Origin: the human T2T-CHM13v2.0 reference genome, Homo sapiens
Direction: 5' to 3' (one strand)
Assembly: GCF_009914755.1 (NCBI RefSeq)
Contig: NC_060947.1
Length of the DNA stretch: 64,000 nucleotides
A program made the translations under genes and the position numbers. Under the pieces are notes generated by a model. It was given only the letters and a program-made list of their open reading frames with translations, was not told the origin of the DNA and ran no database searches. Position 1 is the first letter of the stretch. Every line of letters begins with the position of its first letter. This document shows positions 1 through 19,149 of this stretch, piece after piece.

Positions 1-457
1 AAGCATCAGGGATAAAAGGAAAAGTAGAATAGGTTGGAGTTATTGAGGCCCTTATTGTACTTCGTCTCTCCCCCCTTGAAATTTTCAGCTACTTTACTTT
101 GTTCATTTAATCTGTTTTATTCTAAATATTATATATTCTAAATTTGTTTTAACTTCTTTCTCTTTTTCTTTTCCTGCACTAAATCCTATAACAGCTGGTA
201 TTTGTATTGTTTTGATTTTTTTTTTCCTTTTTACTTAGCAAAATGTGTTCAGAATGAGCCTCTGTGGAGAGTCAGGCGAGTCATGTCCCATGGTAGTTTA
301 GCCCATTTTAATGGACTAAATCCAGGTCACTGGTCTGTCAAGATTATGTAACTAATGGCATATCCAAGACTAAGCACCTGTCTCTGCACTTCTGCTCCTA
401 CTTTTGCCCACTCCAACTCACAATTCTTTGCCTAGTGGTACTTCATGAATACTGTAG

Positions 458-909
<452 letters not shown>

Positions 910-1036
910 TTACAGATAGCTTCTTTGGCATCCATTCTACTTCAGATAACTGGAAACAAGCTACCTCGTCAGAAATTAAGATATTAAAAGCAAGTTGCAA
1001 AACTATAGCATGATTCTGTGTGTACAGTTACATGTA

Positions 1037-1196
1037 CAGGTTGAGTATCCCTTATCTGAAATGCTTGCGTTGTATTTACCAGTTCAGCATCCCAAATCCA
1101 AAGATCCAAAATTCGAAATGCTCCAATGAGCATTTCCTTTGAGCATTGTTGTCACTCAAAATATTTCTCATTTTTGGATTTGGGGTGCTCAACCTG
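1037..1196 (-). mobile_element. Tigger4a/MER46-type non-autonomous TcMar element, internally deleted
   Basis: TIRs CAGGTTGAG...CTCAACCTG flanked by TA; internal AAATGCTCCAATGAGCATTTCC matches the remembered consensus. Confidence 0.85.
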
Positions 1197-2768
1197 TATA
1201 ATACCATTGGATATACATTTGATCCTTGAACAATGTGGGAGTTAGGGGACTCTGACCGCCCCCCGCCCCTCCCCACAGTGGAAAATTTGCATATAACTTT
1301 TCACTCCCCCAAAACTTACTATTAAGTGCCTGCTGTTGACTCTAAGCCTTACCAATAACATAAACAGTTGATTAACACATACTTTGTATGTTATATGTAT
1401 TATATACCATATTCTTATAATAAAGTAAGCTAGAGAAAAGAATGTTACTAAGAAAATCCCGAGGAGGAGAAAATATATTTGCCCTTCATTAAATGGAAGT
1501 GGTTCATCATAAAGGTCTTCATTCTCCTTGTCTTAATGTTGAGTAGGCCGAGGAGGAAGAGGATGATTTGGTCTTGCTCTCTTGGGTGGCAGAGGTGGAA
1601 GAGGTGGAGGAGGTAGAAGGGAAGGCAAGAGGGTAGACGGCACTTGGTGTAACTTTGCAGAAATACATTATAATTTCTGTCTGACATTTTTGCTTTTTCA
1701 TTTCTCTAAAAATGTTTCTATACAGTACCAATTCTTCCACCACTTGCTTTAGTTTAAATGCATTAGTTTTCAGTATAGAAGGGTCCATAAAAGAAGTCAA
1801 AAGCAGTCTTGAATAATTGGCCCTTCTGCCAGATTGTCTAGTGTCAATTTGTTTTCTGGCACTGCTTCACCTCAGTTTTCTTCCTCATCACCTTGCACTG
1901 GTTTGGAAGGACTCATCCCCATCAAATTGGCTTTTGTTAACTACTCTGGTGTGTCTGTTAGCTCTTGAATTTCTTCAAGATATCTTGAGACCCTTCACCC
2001 CGACCCCCCTGCACTTTTCCCCCCCCCATATTTACAATCTCTTTCACTATTTCCTTGATTGGCTCTGTCTTAAGTCCAATGATGCCATGCACAATATCTG
2101 GACACATTTTTTTCTCCAGCAGGACTTTGTTTTGGGCTTGATGATTTTCATGGCTTTTTCTATAACAACAATAGCATCTTCAATGGTATAATCTTTACAC
2201 ACTTTCTTGATACTCTCTGTATTAGGGTTCTCTCCCATAGCATTGACAATCCTTTCCGTAGAGTACCACGTGTAATGAGCTTTAGAGGTTCTTACGACCC
2301 CCTGGTCTAGAGGCTGAATTAGAAACATTGTGTTTGGGGGCAAGTAGACCACTTTGACACCTTCAGTGTTGAACTCATGGGGTTCTGGGTGGCCAGGGGC
2401 ATTGTCCAATATTAAAATAATTTTAAAATCCAGTTCCTTATTGGCAAGGTACTTCCTGACTTCAGGGACAAAGCATCAGTGGAACCAATTCAGAAAAAAG
2501 GATTTCCATTGTCCAGGCCTTCTAGTTGTACAACCAAAAGACAGGCAGCTGGTGCTGATCTTTTCCCTTCAAGGATTGGGGGTGGGGGTTAGCAGCTTTA
2601 TAGATAAGGGCAGTTCTGATCATAAACCCCACTACGTTTTCATGAAACAGTAGAGTTAGCCTGTCTCTTTTTGTTTTCAATCCTGCTGCTTGCTTCTCTT
2701 CCTACTAAATGTCCTTTGTGGTGTTTTTCTAGAATAGGATACTTTCATCTGCATTAAAAACCTGTTCA

Positions 2769-3304
<536 letters not shown>

Positions 3305-3711
3305 TAGTGTCACAAGGTGTTTTAAGTGAATACTCATAGTATTTGAGCTCACTGCAATAGCAGCAGGAGGTGGCTATGAAATTATTACAGTAGTGCAGTG
3401 TGTACTACAGTTAATTTTTTTCTTCCTTCTGTACCTCATTGGATGCGTTTTTTCCTTGTTTTGTACTACAGTTAATTTCATGCAGTTATGATTTAATACT
3501 GCATATTTATGTTTGTTTACATTTTTCTCAACTGTGAATGTGCCATATATGGTCTATAAATATAAGTTTTGATAAATTTTAACTTTAAAAAAAGTTGTCA
3601 ATGATTATGTTGTAGCACAACTTTTATAGTAATATTCAAGGAAAAATGTTTGAGACCGAACTTCTCTGTCTTAGAATGGAATGAAGTCAGAGATCATTTT
3701 GTTTCAAATCG

Positions 3712-4020
3712 TTTTTTTTTTTTTTTTTTTTTTTTTTGAGACAGAGTCTCGCTCTGTCGCCCAGGCTAGGGTGCAGTGGTGCAATTTCGGCTCACTGCAA
3801 CCTCTGCTTCCCAGTTTCAAGCAATTCTCCTGCCTCAGCTTCCTGAGTAGCTGGGATTACAGGCGTGCACCACCACACCTGGCTAATTTTTTTATTTTTA
3901 GTAGAGATGGGGTTTCGCCATGTTGGCCAGGCTGGTCTCGAACTCCTGACCTCAAGTAATCCGTCCACCTCGGCCTCCGAAAGTGCTAGGATTACAGGCA
4001 TGAGCCACCGCTCCCTGGCC
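3712..4020 (-). mobile_element. Alu (AluS-type)
   Basis: Full-length dimer; TSD TGTTTCAAAT. Confidence 0.95.
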
Positions 4021-4133
4021 TGTTTCAAATGCTTTAAGCAAGGAAACAATAAAACACTTAACTTATATTGTAACAGTATCTGTATATGTGCTGCTCAAGC
4101 CAGCACAATATTGCTTAACAGTATCTGCATTAA

Positions 4134-4451
<318 letters not shown>

Positions 4452-5269
4452 TAATAGATTTATATTTATGGTAGCAAATGATAAAATAGACTAGTATGTA
4501 CATATATTTTATGCATTCATGACATACCTTTTTCTTAATTTTTTTCAGTGTTTCTAGGCCATGCCACTTACCTATTTTTTTTTTCAAATTGTTGCAAATC
4601 TCCCCTAAATGTTCCAGTGTGTTTACTGAAAAAAAATCTGTATTTAAATAGACCAAGGTGGTTCAAACCTGTGTTGTTCAAGGGTCAGCTGTATTGTATG
4701 TATATGTATTGCATATGTCCGATTGTACACGTGGGGAAAATGCTGTACCCAGAACTGTTAGCAATCACTTCTGTGGAGTATATGAGCTTGGTTTCGAGGT
4801 GATGGGGAGTTGAGTGAGTCAGTCAACAGGTGTTTGTGAGTGTCAGCTGTGTCTATGCCCTGTCTAATCTATGGCATACCTCTGCAAGTAGTCAGGCCAT
4901 ATCCTCTGTGCCAGGTTCTCTGGCGCTTTAAGTACATTAGATCATTTAATTATCTGAACAATTAGATACTATTTTATATGATTGAGAACTTATTCTACAT
5001 TTGTTGCCCATTTTAATTCCAGCTGCTGAAATAATAAAGTTTACTTACTTAAGAAAAGTAAATTATTGTAATTATCTAAGACTGGATGAGCCTTCAGTTA
5101 GAACTGTACTCAACACATGTGACAAACAGACTCTTTTTTCTTTAAGCCTGACATCTGTAACATTTCTTTAAGATTATTTCAGTCTTCCATTTCTCTTCCA
5201 CTTTCACTGATTTTTTTCCCAAATTTTGAATGGGAGAGGATGTAAATGTCTATTCTATTAAAAGTTGTT

Positions 5270-6350
<1,081 letters not shown>

Positions 6351-6377
6351 GGATGTTCCCTTCCACACCCCCACCAC

Positions 6378-6549
6378 CTTTTTTTTTTTTTTTTTTGAGA
6401 TGGAGTTTCACTCTTGTCGCCCAGGCTGTAGTGCAATGGCACGATCTTGGCTCACTGAAACCTCCACCTCCTGGGTTCAAGTGATTCTCCTGCCTCAGCT
6501 TCCCGAGTAGCTGGGATTACAGGTGCCTGCCACCATGCCAAGCTAATTT
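6378..6549 (-). mobile_element. Alu right arm (5'-truncated)
   Basis: Poly-T plus right monomer only. Confidence 0.9.
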
Positions 6550-6796
6550 CCTTTTTAAGTATAATTGTGGAACCATTGATTAATTTTTAAATGTAATGTG
6601 CTATCTGCCACCCCTATTGTCCTTTTTGATGCTTGTGTTGTACCAAAGAAGGTTGATCAGAGACCTTTTTGTTAGAAAGTTTAAGAAAAAGATTTTTACC
6701 ATAATTTTATACATTAAAGATTACATGTATTTTTTTCCTGAATTTTTGACCAAGGATTTGCAGCGCTCAGTTTAATAAAACATTTAAATTCCCTAG

Positions 6797-6878
6797 GACT
6801 CTCACAGAAGGAGGAAGAGGAGGACACTTTTATTGAAGAACAACAACTAGAAGAAGAGAAGCTATTGGAAAGAGAGAG
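6797..6878 (+). CDS. ZRSR2: ZRSR2 exon 3 (82 nt), acidic coiled coil
   Basis: ccctag|GACTC...GAGAG|gtcagt; encodes LSQKEEEEDTFIEEQQLEEEKLLERE; phase joins exon 4. Confidence 0.95.
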
Positions 6879-6993
6879 GTCAGTGCTAATTGAAACACTT
6901 AAAGTGAATGAAGTTATTTATTGGAATATTATCAACCTTTACTAACCAGTACCAGTCTTCTGTATAAAATCTTGTACCAAATAGGTCTTATAA

Positions 6994-7410
<417 letters not shown>

Positions 7411-8063
7411 TGTAATTGTTTTTGAAAACAGAAAAAAAACAAAAAAAATTAACAAATGTAAAAAGGGAAAAGACTTTAATAATTGCAACACACCCAAAGA
7501 TAGCCACTGTTAAGAAAGAGAAAAAGAAAGTGTAAATGTACTTTACGTGTGTCTTTCTATAATGGCATGATATTTATACATATTTTTCTATAAATTGCTT
7601 TCTTGCTAAATATATAGTGCATTTATTTCAGTACTGATGCAGGGATCTAATTCAGCCATTTCAGTGGCAATACAGTACCCACTGTACAGATGTAGCATAA
7701 TTTATTTGCTATTCATAGTTTATTCATTTATAATTTATAGTTCTCTACTGATGGACTTTCAGGTTATATTGGTTTTTCACTCATATGTAAAAAGTTGCAG
7801 TAAGCATCCATGCTTATATATCCTTGGTAATTGTCCAGTTATTTCCTTAAGAACATGACTAAAAATGAGATTGTTGGAATCAAATCATAAGTCCATGTAA
7901 AATGTAGATGGCCAGGTAGAAAGGGCTTCCTGGTCTGCAGTTTGCAGCCCTTCTGGCAGTGAATGTAGGGGCCCATCTCCCCATACCTTCACTCATACTA
8001 GGCATTATCAGTTTATAAAACTATAATGAAACTGTTTCAAATGCACATTTCTGAATTAGGTAG

Positions 8064-8454
<391 letters not shown>

Positions 8455-9366
8455 GAAATTTCTTAATGTCTCTAAGCTTCTATTTCCTTGTCTGTAATAT
8501 GGAGATAAAGTCAATCACAGTATCCACCTCACAGAATTGTGAAGATTAAAGGAGGTGATGGATGTATAGTGTTTAACACAGTGTCAGCAGATGAGAGGTG
8601 CTGTGATAGCTCTAGTTCTTATTATTATAGATTTCTGTTATGATGAAGACAATAGATACGGTATGAAATAAGAGAGTAATTTTTTTCCTGTTTATTTGAA
8701 ATGCTTCTTTTAAATCACATACATGTATCTTTGTGCTCCTTAGATCTTTATTTCTTTATGAGTTGCATACTATTATTGAAAAGCAAGAAAATTATGTAAA
8801 AATACTGTATGACTTTATGTCCTATTTCAAAGCAGATGTATATTCAAGTTATTAAATTTTAAAATTTTTAACATTTTACTTTCTTGTGGTCTTAATTTAT
8901 ATATCATTTGGTTCATTTATATACAATTATATGTTTTTCAAAAGATTTGTAAATCAGAGTTGTGCCCACTGAAACATCTATATGGTACCCTCACACATGG
9001 CATAGGAACACTGATAGATGCAATGTGCCAGCCTCTGCCATGGCTAAAAGATGTGTTCCTGGAATCTGTATTTGGAAATGTAATATATTTTATTTAAAAT
9101 TGTGGTTAGGTCCCCAGACTAGACATAAAACTTTACTGAACTCCTAATACTGCTGAAGTAATATAGAACAGTTTCTCATATTTAATTTCCCTTTTATAAA
9201 TTCAGTGGAAGAATGAATTTGAGGTTCTACACACCTAATTGGCAGGTAGACTTTGGAAATCTAACCCCCTCTTTATATTAGAAATTTGTGATATTGGATG
9301 TCTGAGACACTTGCCACTTTAAGGTAATACCACTCATTATAATTGGTCATATAAAAAATAGACTAG

Positions 9367-9686
<320 letters not shown>

Positions 9687-9879
9687 TAATTTATTTTTAT
9701 AACTCCATTTCTTAAAACCTGTAGCTTTATTTTAAAAACATGATTACAATGTACTTTTATTTTCCTTCTTTTGGCTGTTTAGGTGTTTGGAGGCAAACCA
9801 CAGGAGTCTCTTAACTGTGTGTAGTAGTAGTCCAAAGGTTTATGGCAAAGGATACTGGGTTTTCAGCGTGCTGCCATCA

Positions 9880-10275
<396 letters not shown>

Positions 10276-10611
10276 CTACCCATTTTATTGTCACCTAAAC
10301 GTCACTGTGATCAGTCTAGAGGGAAAGTCATAGTGTCCTTTTTTCTGTAAAGTATGTCACAGCCATATATACCTATGAAATGTAAGAGAGATTTTAAGTT
10401 ATTACCCATTAGGAAGATAGTTGCTGACACGTGGTGCTTTTCCAAAAGCTCTGCTCTTCTCGTTCTCTTACACCCACTTGACTGCTTTAATAGAAAATAG
10501 CTTTCGTGATATTTGAATCAGTCCCAAAATGTGTCATTTTGCTCTCGTGTGTGTGTGTATTTGTGGATTAATGCCCATTTCTTTTATCTGATTACATCAT
10601 TATACTGATAG

Positions 10612-10720
10612 GCAAAGATTACATGAGGAGTGGTTGCTAAGAGAGCAGAAGGCACAAGAAGAATTCAGAATAAAGAAGGAAAAGGAAGAGGCGGCTAAAA
10701 AACGGCAAGAAGAACAAGAG
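10612..10720 (+). CDS. ZRSR2: ZRSR2 exon 4 (109 nt)
   Basis: gatag|GCAAAG...CAAGAG|gtatgg; QRLHEEWLLREQKAQEEFRIKKEKEEAAKKRQEEQE. Confidence 0.96.
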
Positions 10721-10798
10721 GTATGGTAGGAATCACGTAACTAGTGAACAAACTGATTACTTCACCATAATAACTCTCATGAAGAGTTGCCTATCTTG

Positions 10799-10883
10799 GG
10801 AGGTTGGAGTGAGTTGAGATCATGCCATTGCACTCCAGCCTGGGCAGCAAGAGCGGAACTCCATCTCAAAAAGAAAAAAAAAA
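10799..10883 (+). mobile_element. Severely 5'-truncated Alu
   Basis: Alu 3' end plus A-tail flanked by the 17-bp TSD AAGAGTTGCCTATCTTG. Confidence 0.92.
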
Positions 10884-11034
10884 AAGAGTTGCCTATCTTG
10901 AACTTAAAAAAAAAAAACAAAAAACTGATCTTATTCAGTTTGCCAGTGTTTTAAGTTTTTCATCTATGTGCGCTGTATGTGAAATGTTTTTAAAAAGTGA
11001 CTGAAACAAAGTTACTTTTTCTTCCCCTTTAAAG

Positions 11035-11121
11035 AGAAAGTTAAAGGAACAATGGGAAGAACAGCAGAGGAAAGAGAGAGAAGAGGAGGAGCAGAAACGA
11101 CAGGAGAAGAAAGAAAAAGAG
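11035..11121 (+). CDS. ZRSR2: ZRSR2 exon 5 (87 nt)
   Basis: tttaaag|AGAAAG...AAAGAG|gtgatt; RKLKEQWEEQQRKEREEEEQKRQEKKEKE. Confidence 0.96.
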
Positions 11122-11354
11122 GTGATTCCTGTCATGGGATGTGCTGTGTGATGAGTTTGAAGAATAATCAGTAGGCATGTCAGAGTTTGGGTTTTTTTTT
11201 TCTCTTTTTCTTGTCATTTCATTGTTTGTTTGGAAAGAATCATATTTCAGTTTAGACATAACACCAGAGTTCCCTTCTGATGCTCTTCTTCGGGTCCGTG
11301 CAGTGGCAGATTCCTTAAAGTTTTCTTCAGCTTTACCCTATTTACCCTTTATAC

Positions 11355-11535
11355 TGGGCATTGGCAAATGTTGTAAAGGGCCAGATGGTAAATATTTTAG
11401 GCTTTATGGTTTGGTCTCTGTGGCAAACATCCAACTCTGCCAGTGTACCCTGAAAGCAGCCATCGATAATATGTAGATGAATGGGTATGGCTGTGTTCCA
11501 GGAAAGCTTTATTTACAAAACAGGCAGCTAGCCCT
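11355..11535. mobile_element. MER58A-like hAT MITE
   Basis: TAAAGGGCCAGATGGTAAATATTTTAGGCTTT...TGGCTGTGTTCCA...TTTATTTACAAAA matches the remembered consensus. Confidence 0.8.
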
Positions 11536-12572
11536 TGCTTTATAGCAAGTTATGTTCTTCTGAGGTTCTGCTGTATATGAGTTGACTTCTTTAGAGAATA
11601 ATACTTTGTTTTGTTTCCACATTTATTTAGGTCATAAGAGAACTGCTTATGACATGTCAGCAAGAATTAGAGGATTTAAAGAAATCAGGAACTCAAATAT
11701 TGAGGAACTAGGAAACAGTTTTTGTTATTTGTATTAAATCTTGACTTCCTCTTCCACTTAGGCTATGAAGACAATTGTAGCTAACACACAGTTGCTTATT
11801 TAAAAAAAAAAAAAATCTGTGAGGCATATGTGTGTATGTATCTTCTCTATCTTCCAGGATTCTTTTTTAAGGATTGATTTGGTATGTTTTGCTGCTATTC
11901 CTTGACAGTATATTTATTTCAGAGGTATCACAGCTCATCTTCCCTTGACTGATTCATCAGGATTTGTCTTTTTTGTAATACAGCTAAATTTAAATAGCAT
12001 AAAATTGGATAATCACCTTATAATTGGGAAAAATGCATGTGTCTTCATTGTAGTCAATATGGGGCAGAAGCAGCCTCCACGATCTTTGTTTTTTGTATCT
12101 TAGGCCATCAGTTAATTTCAGTGCAGATTTTAAACACCTTTATTTGAGCACTTCTTTCCAGATGAGGCAAGATCATGCTAGGTTTTTAGGGGGCAGAAAA
12201 ATTGTTTGGAACTTGTCATTTTTTTATAGAGAGGAATTAATTCCCATTTTAACAGTAGAGTGTTCCTCAACTGAGGTCTTTCAGGAATTCAGTAACAGCT
12301 AAGGCCTCTTTTGAATGCTTTTGTTTCAGAGGAAATCTGTGAGACTTCAAGGAGAAATGAGGGAAATGAAATAGATTCTAAGCTTATAAAAAAGAATCAG
12401 CAGTATGTGTTCCTGCTGTATGCTAGACACTTCGCTAGCGGACAGAGACAGAGCAGTGAAAGACACAGTCTTTGCTCTCATTGAGCTAGTTTTTTATATG
12501 GGAGTGTGAGATGATAAGCAAAACAGATCATTCAAAATGTGATCATATTAAGTGCTATAAAGAAATAAAGCA

Positions 12573-12877
12573 GGCCAGGCGTGGTGGCTCACGCCTGTAA
12601 TCCCAGCACTTTGGGAGGCTGAGGCGAGAGGATCACGAGGTCAGGAGTTCGAGGCCAGCCTGGTCAACATGGTGAAACCCCGTCTGTACTAAAAATACAA
12701 AAAATTAGCCAGGCGTGGTGATGGGCGCCTGTAGTCCCAGCTACTCAGGAGTCTGAGGCAGAAGAATCACTTGAACCCGGGAGGCAGAGGTTTCAGTGAG
12801 CCAAGCTTGAGCCACTGCACTCCAACCTGGGCAATAGAACTAGACTTCGTCTCAAAAAAAAAAAAAAAAAGAAAGAA
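12573..12877 (+). mobile_element. Alu (AluSg-like)
   Basis: Full length; TSD AAGAAATAAAGCAG. Confidence 0.95.
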
Positions 12878-13061
12878 ATAAAGCAGAGTGATGTGATAGA
12901 GTAATGAGAATAGAGTTGTGCTTCTATAGATTGCCTGCTCAAGGAAATTTCTGAGGAGGTGATGTTTGAGCTGACACCTGAGTGGAGAGATCTCAGCAAG
13001 AAGAAGCCTGAAGCTTGAAGGCTGAAAAAAGGCCAGGGAACCTGAAATCTAGAGTCCAAAG

Positions 13062-13200
13062 GAGAGAAGGGCAGTGGAGGAGGTTGCTGAGGGAGAGGGG
13101 GCAGTGGAGGAGGTTGCTGAGGGAGAGGGGGCAGTGGAGGAGGTTGCTGAGGGAGAGGGGGCAGTGGAGGAGGTTGCTGAGGGAGAAGGGGCAGTGGAGG
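13062..13200. repeat. 30-bp G-rich minisatellite, about 4.6 copies
   Basis: AGGTTGCTGAGGGAGAGGGGGCAGTGGAGG at 13081, 13111, 13141 and 13171 (one mismatch in the last), plus a partial copy upstream. Confidence 0.97.
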
Positions 13201-13223
13201 GTAAGCAGAGTCAGATCATGTAG

Positions 13224-13800
<577 letters not shown>

Positions 13801-14174
13801 AGAGGACAAGGAGAGAGAGAGGAATTCAAGTCATATTTTTAGGTTTTTAGTTTGAATAGACAGATAGACTGGCAACACTATTCACTGAGGGAGCATTCAG
13901 GTGGATGTGGGCCAGGGAGTGTAGAGGACAAGAGTTCTGTTTTGAGCACCACAAATAAGCAACTAGACATACGAGTCTTATGTAATGCTTTAAGGGGCTA
14001 GGGAAGATAAGACTGTCTGTTAAACATAGGTACAACTTGTTCAAATGCCAATTAGGTAGAAATTTACTGGCATATTGCAGAACCTCCTTTGCCTTATTAA
14101 AAAGTTAGAATTTTCTCCTAAATGCTAATTACCACTGGTCATGTCATATTTTAGCTTCTGCTAAATGTTTATGA

Positions 14175-14534
<360 letters not shown>

Positions 14535-14610
14535 TAATACCCCCTTTTACGAACTAGGACATGGTATATATACTCAAATATACTAAGTATTACTATTATT
14601 GAAACTATTA

Positions 14611-14985
<375 letters not shown>

Positions 14986-15154
14986 CTATATATCCTTTGA
15001 AAGCTTTTCAAAAGATCTGTGATTCAAAAGAAAACTAGAACTTGTGTGCGTGTGTGTGTTTTAATTGTTCCACTTGAGATTCTTAACCAGAGAAACCAGA
15101 TGTGACTTACCTGACTTCTGGGTTTTTATTAGTCCTGTGTTTGCACCATTTTAG

Positions 15155-15193
15155 GAAGCTTTGCAGAAGATGCTGGATCAGGCTGAAAATGAG
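15155..15193 (+). CDS. ZRSR2: ZRSR2 exon 6 (39 nt, phase 0/0)
   Basis: ttttag|GAAGCT...AATGAG|gtattt; EALQKMLDQAENE. Confidence 0.95.
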
Positions 15194-15408
15194 GTATTTT
15201 TAAAACCTTACATTGATAATTTGAGACCAATTAATGTTTCCTTAGAAATAATAGTTCCAGTAATGTTAGTTTCGTGGTAGGTTAGTTAGATCATGTTTGG
15301 ATATCTGGACTCATGTTTATGATGCTTTGATTTATACAACAACAACAAACTTTACTGATGAACAAATACAAATGGTATTCATGACCCCTGTGGACTGGAC
15401 CTGTTTAG

Positions 15409-15897
<489 letters not shown>

Positions 15898-16121
15898 TAG
15901 TGATACCAGATAAAGGAAAGTGACCAGGAGCCAAGAGAGACATGGAGCTCATGTCTCAGTACCGTTGTTTGTAAAGTCTTGATTGCCTGTTCCAACTTAA
16001 ATGTTTGCATTATTAAATGAAACAATGTTTATCTTTGAGGAAAATATTTTAATATACTTTGAAACATTTCGTCTTTCATGGGTTTTTACTCCACCAGTAA
16101 AGTCATGGTTATTTTCAACAG

Positions 16122-16240
16122 TTGGAAAATGGTACCACATGGCAAAACCCAGAACCACCCGTGGATTTCAGAGTAATGGAGAAGGATCGAGCTAATTGTC
16201 CCTTCTACAGTAAAACAGGAGCTTGCAGATTTGGAGATAG
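16122..16240 (+). CDS. ZRSR2: ZRSR2 exon 7 (119 nt), start of CCCH zinc finger 1
   Basis: caacag|TTGGAA...AGATAG|gtaact; LENGTTWQNPEPPVDFRVMEKDRANCPFYSKTGACRFGD, the U2AF35-family motif. Confidence 0.97.
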
Positions 16241-16654
16241 GTAACTAATTTTGTTTTATCATGTCAGAATGAAGTGATTCAAAATGCTGACGTTTTTGAG
16301 TTCCCCTTTTGGGAGAGGCGCAGGTTTCCATTTCAAATGTCCGTCATCAGACATCTGCTGCTTTCTTGCTGCTGCTCTCGTTTTCCCAGCTGATCATCCT
16401 CTGCTTTGACCATCCCTGTTCCCTCTATCCTTGTTCCCTGGGTGGGCTTAGCCTAGTTCTCTGAGGGTGCTTCCTTTGCATTCTGCATCTTTAGGAAGCC
16501 ACTTTGCTTGTTGGTTTCTTCCTGAGCTTGCATTAGTCCATGGTGGACAACTGGGTTGGGGAAATAATATATTTGAAGAGCTTAGAGCAGCTTGGCTTTA
16601 TTTTTTGAAGGGCACACACTGTCCCCAAAACAGGCTTTTAAAACTTGGCATGTG

Positions 16655-16750
16655 CCAGGAGTTCCAGGCTGCAGTAAGCTATGACCACACCACTGCACTC
16701 CAGCCTGGGTGACAAAACAAGACCCTGTCTCAAAAAAGAAAAAAAAAAAC
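16655..16750 (+). mobile_element. 5'-truncated AluJ fragment
   Basis: Alu 3' end plus tail; TSD AAAACTTGGCATGTG. Confidence 0.9.
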
Positions 16751-17564
16751 AAAACTTGGCATGTGTAAAGGGATATCTGTGAAAGACAGGATCCAAATGA
16801 GGAGAGGAAAAGTGTTTTAATTTCTGTTGTCAGTGAGTTTGCCCAGACTCAGGTACAGACCGTTGGGTTCAAAACGGGCTTCAGTGGCTGCCAGTTTGGG
16901 AAAGTTGCTTAAGCTCTGTGTGCCTTCGTTCTCTCATCTATGAAATGGGATTAAACATAGTCTCATCTTTCTGAGGGGGCTGTGAGGCCGAAATGAGCAC
17001 ACACACCCGTAGAACAGGGCCCCAGGAGTGCTTGCTGGCATTTTCATTATTGTGACTCTTGATGTTATTCTGTGAGACACTCTTCTTGTTCCCTGCCCCT
17101 TTTGGGTCAATGTTTTTGAAAGAAGACGTTCATGTGGAAACCTAGTGTTGATCTCTTCAGTCATTTAGCAAGTCTTCGAACACCTATTATATGCCAGGTA
17201 ATGGTGATTTTTATAATTTGGCCTGTTTATTAATGAACAACTTAAAGTAGGTAAATAATTCCTAATGGTGAATGAGTCCATCTGAGGCAAAATCTGATAA
17301 TTATCACCATATATTCTGCAGAAGAGAAGATCTAATCATAACCTTAACATCCTATTAATCCTGAAAAGGGATATGAATAGTAAAATTCAGATGTATTTAA
17401 TCAGAAACCATATGTCATCTGTCAGCTTTACTTTATTCATAAAAGTATCCATGCTGTGAGGTTTTTTTTCTTCTTCTTCTTCTTTGAAAATATATCCTTC
17501 TCTATGGTTCTCTCCTTTTTCTTTTTGAATTTAAGCGTTCACACCATTTTTCATTTTTTAAGAA

Positions 17565-17930
<366 letters not shown>

Positions 17931-18238
17931 ATGTCAAGTGTGTATGTCCTTTTGTATTTTAGAGGTGGGATTGCAGATGTCTGGAATGTCTGTGAAAAGA
18001 GTCATGGGATCTGCTAACTAGTAGAAAGCCTCCTCTTGAAAAACTGGGAACTAAGAAAAGGAAAGAGACTTTATTCCCTTTGATACCTTTAGAACCATTT
18101 CTCAGATATCCACTTTATCTAAACAAGAAATGGTAATGATTGGTGTAAAAAACTTCCCACCAAAGAAAAATGCACTGTGAATTACCTTTCAGAGACAACT
18201 GAGACTCCATGTAAGTTCACATTTGCATGGGTAGTTGA

Positions 18239-18646
<408 letters not shown>

Positions 18647-18694
18647 TAATTCTCCTTTTGTTGGGCATAAGTGAGAGGAGGGGAGATGTCTTAA

Positions 18695-19149
<455 letters not shown>

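Noticed and set aside
1448-2653. Transposase-like ORFs as an active or domesticated TIGD gene
   Set aside because: Fragmented over several frames with stops and Alu insertions; a fossil
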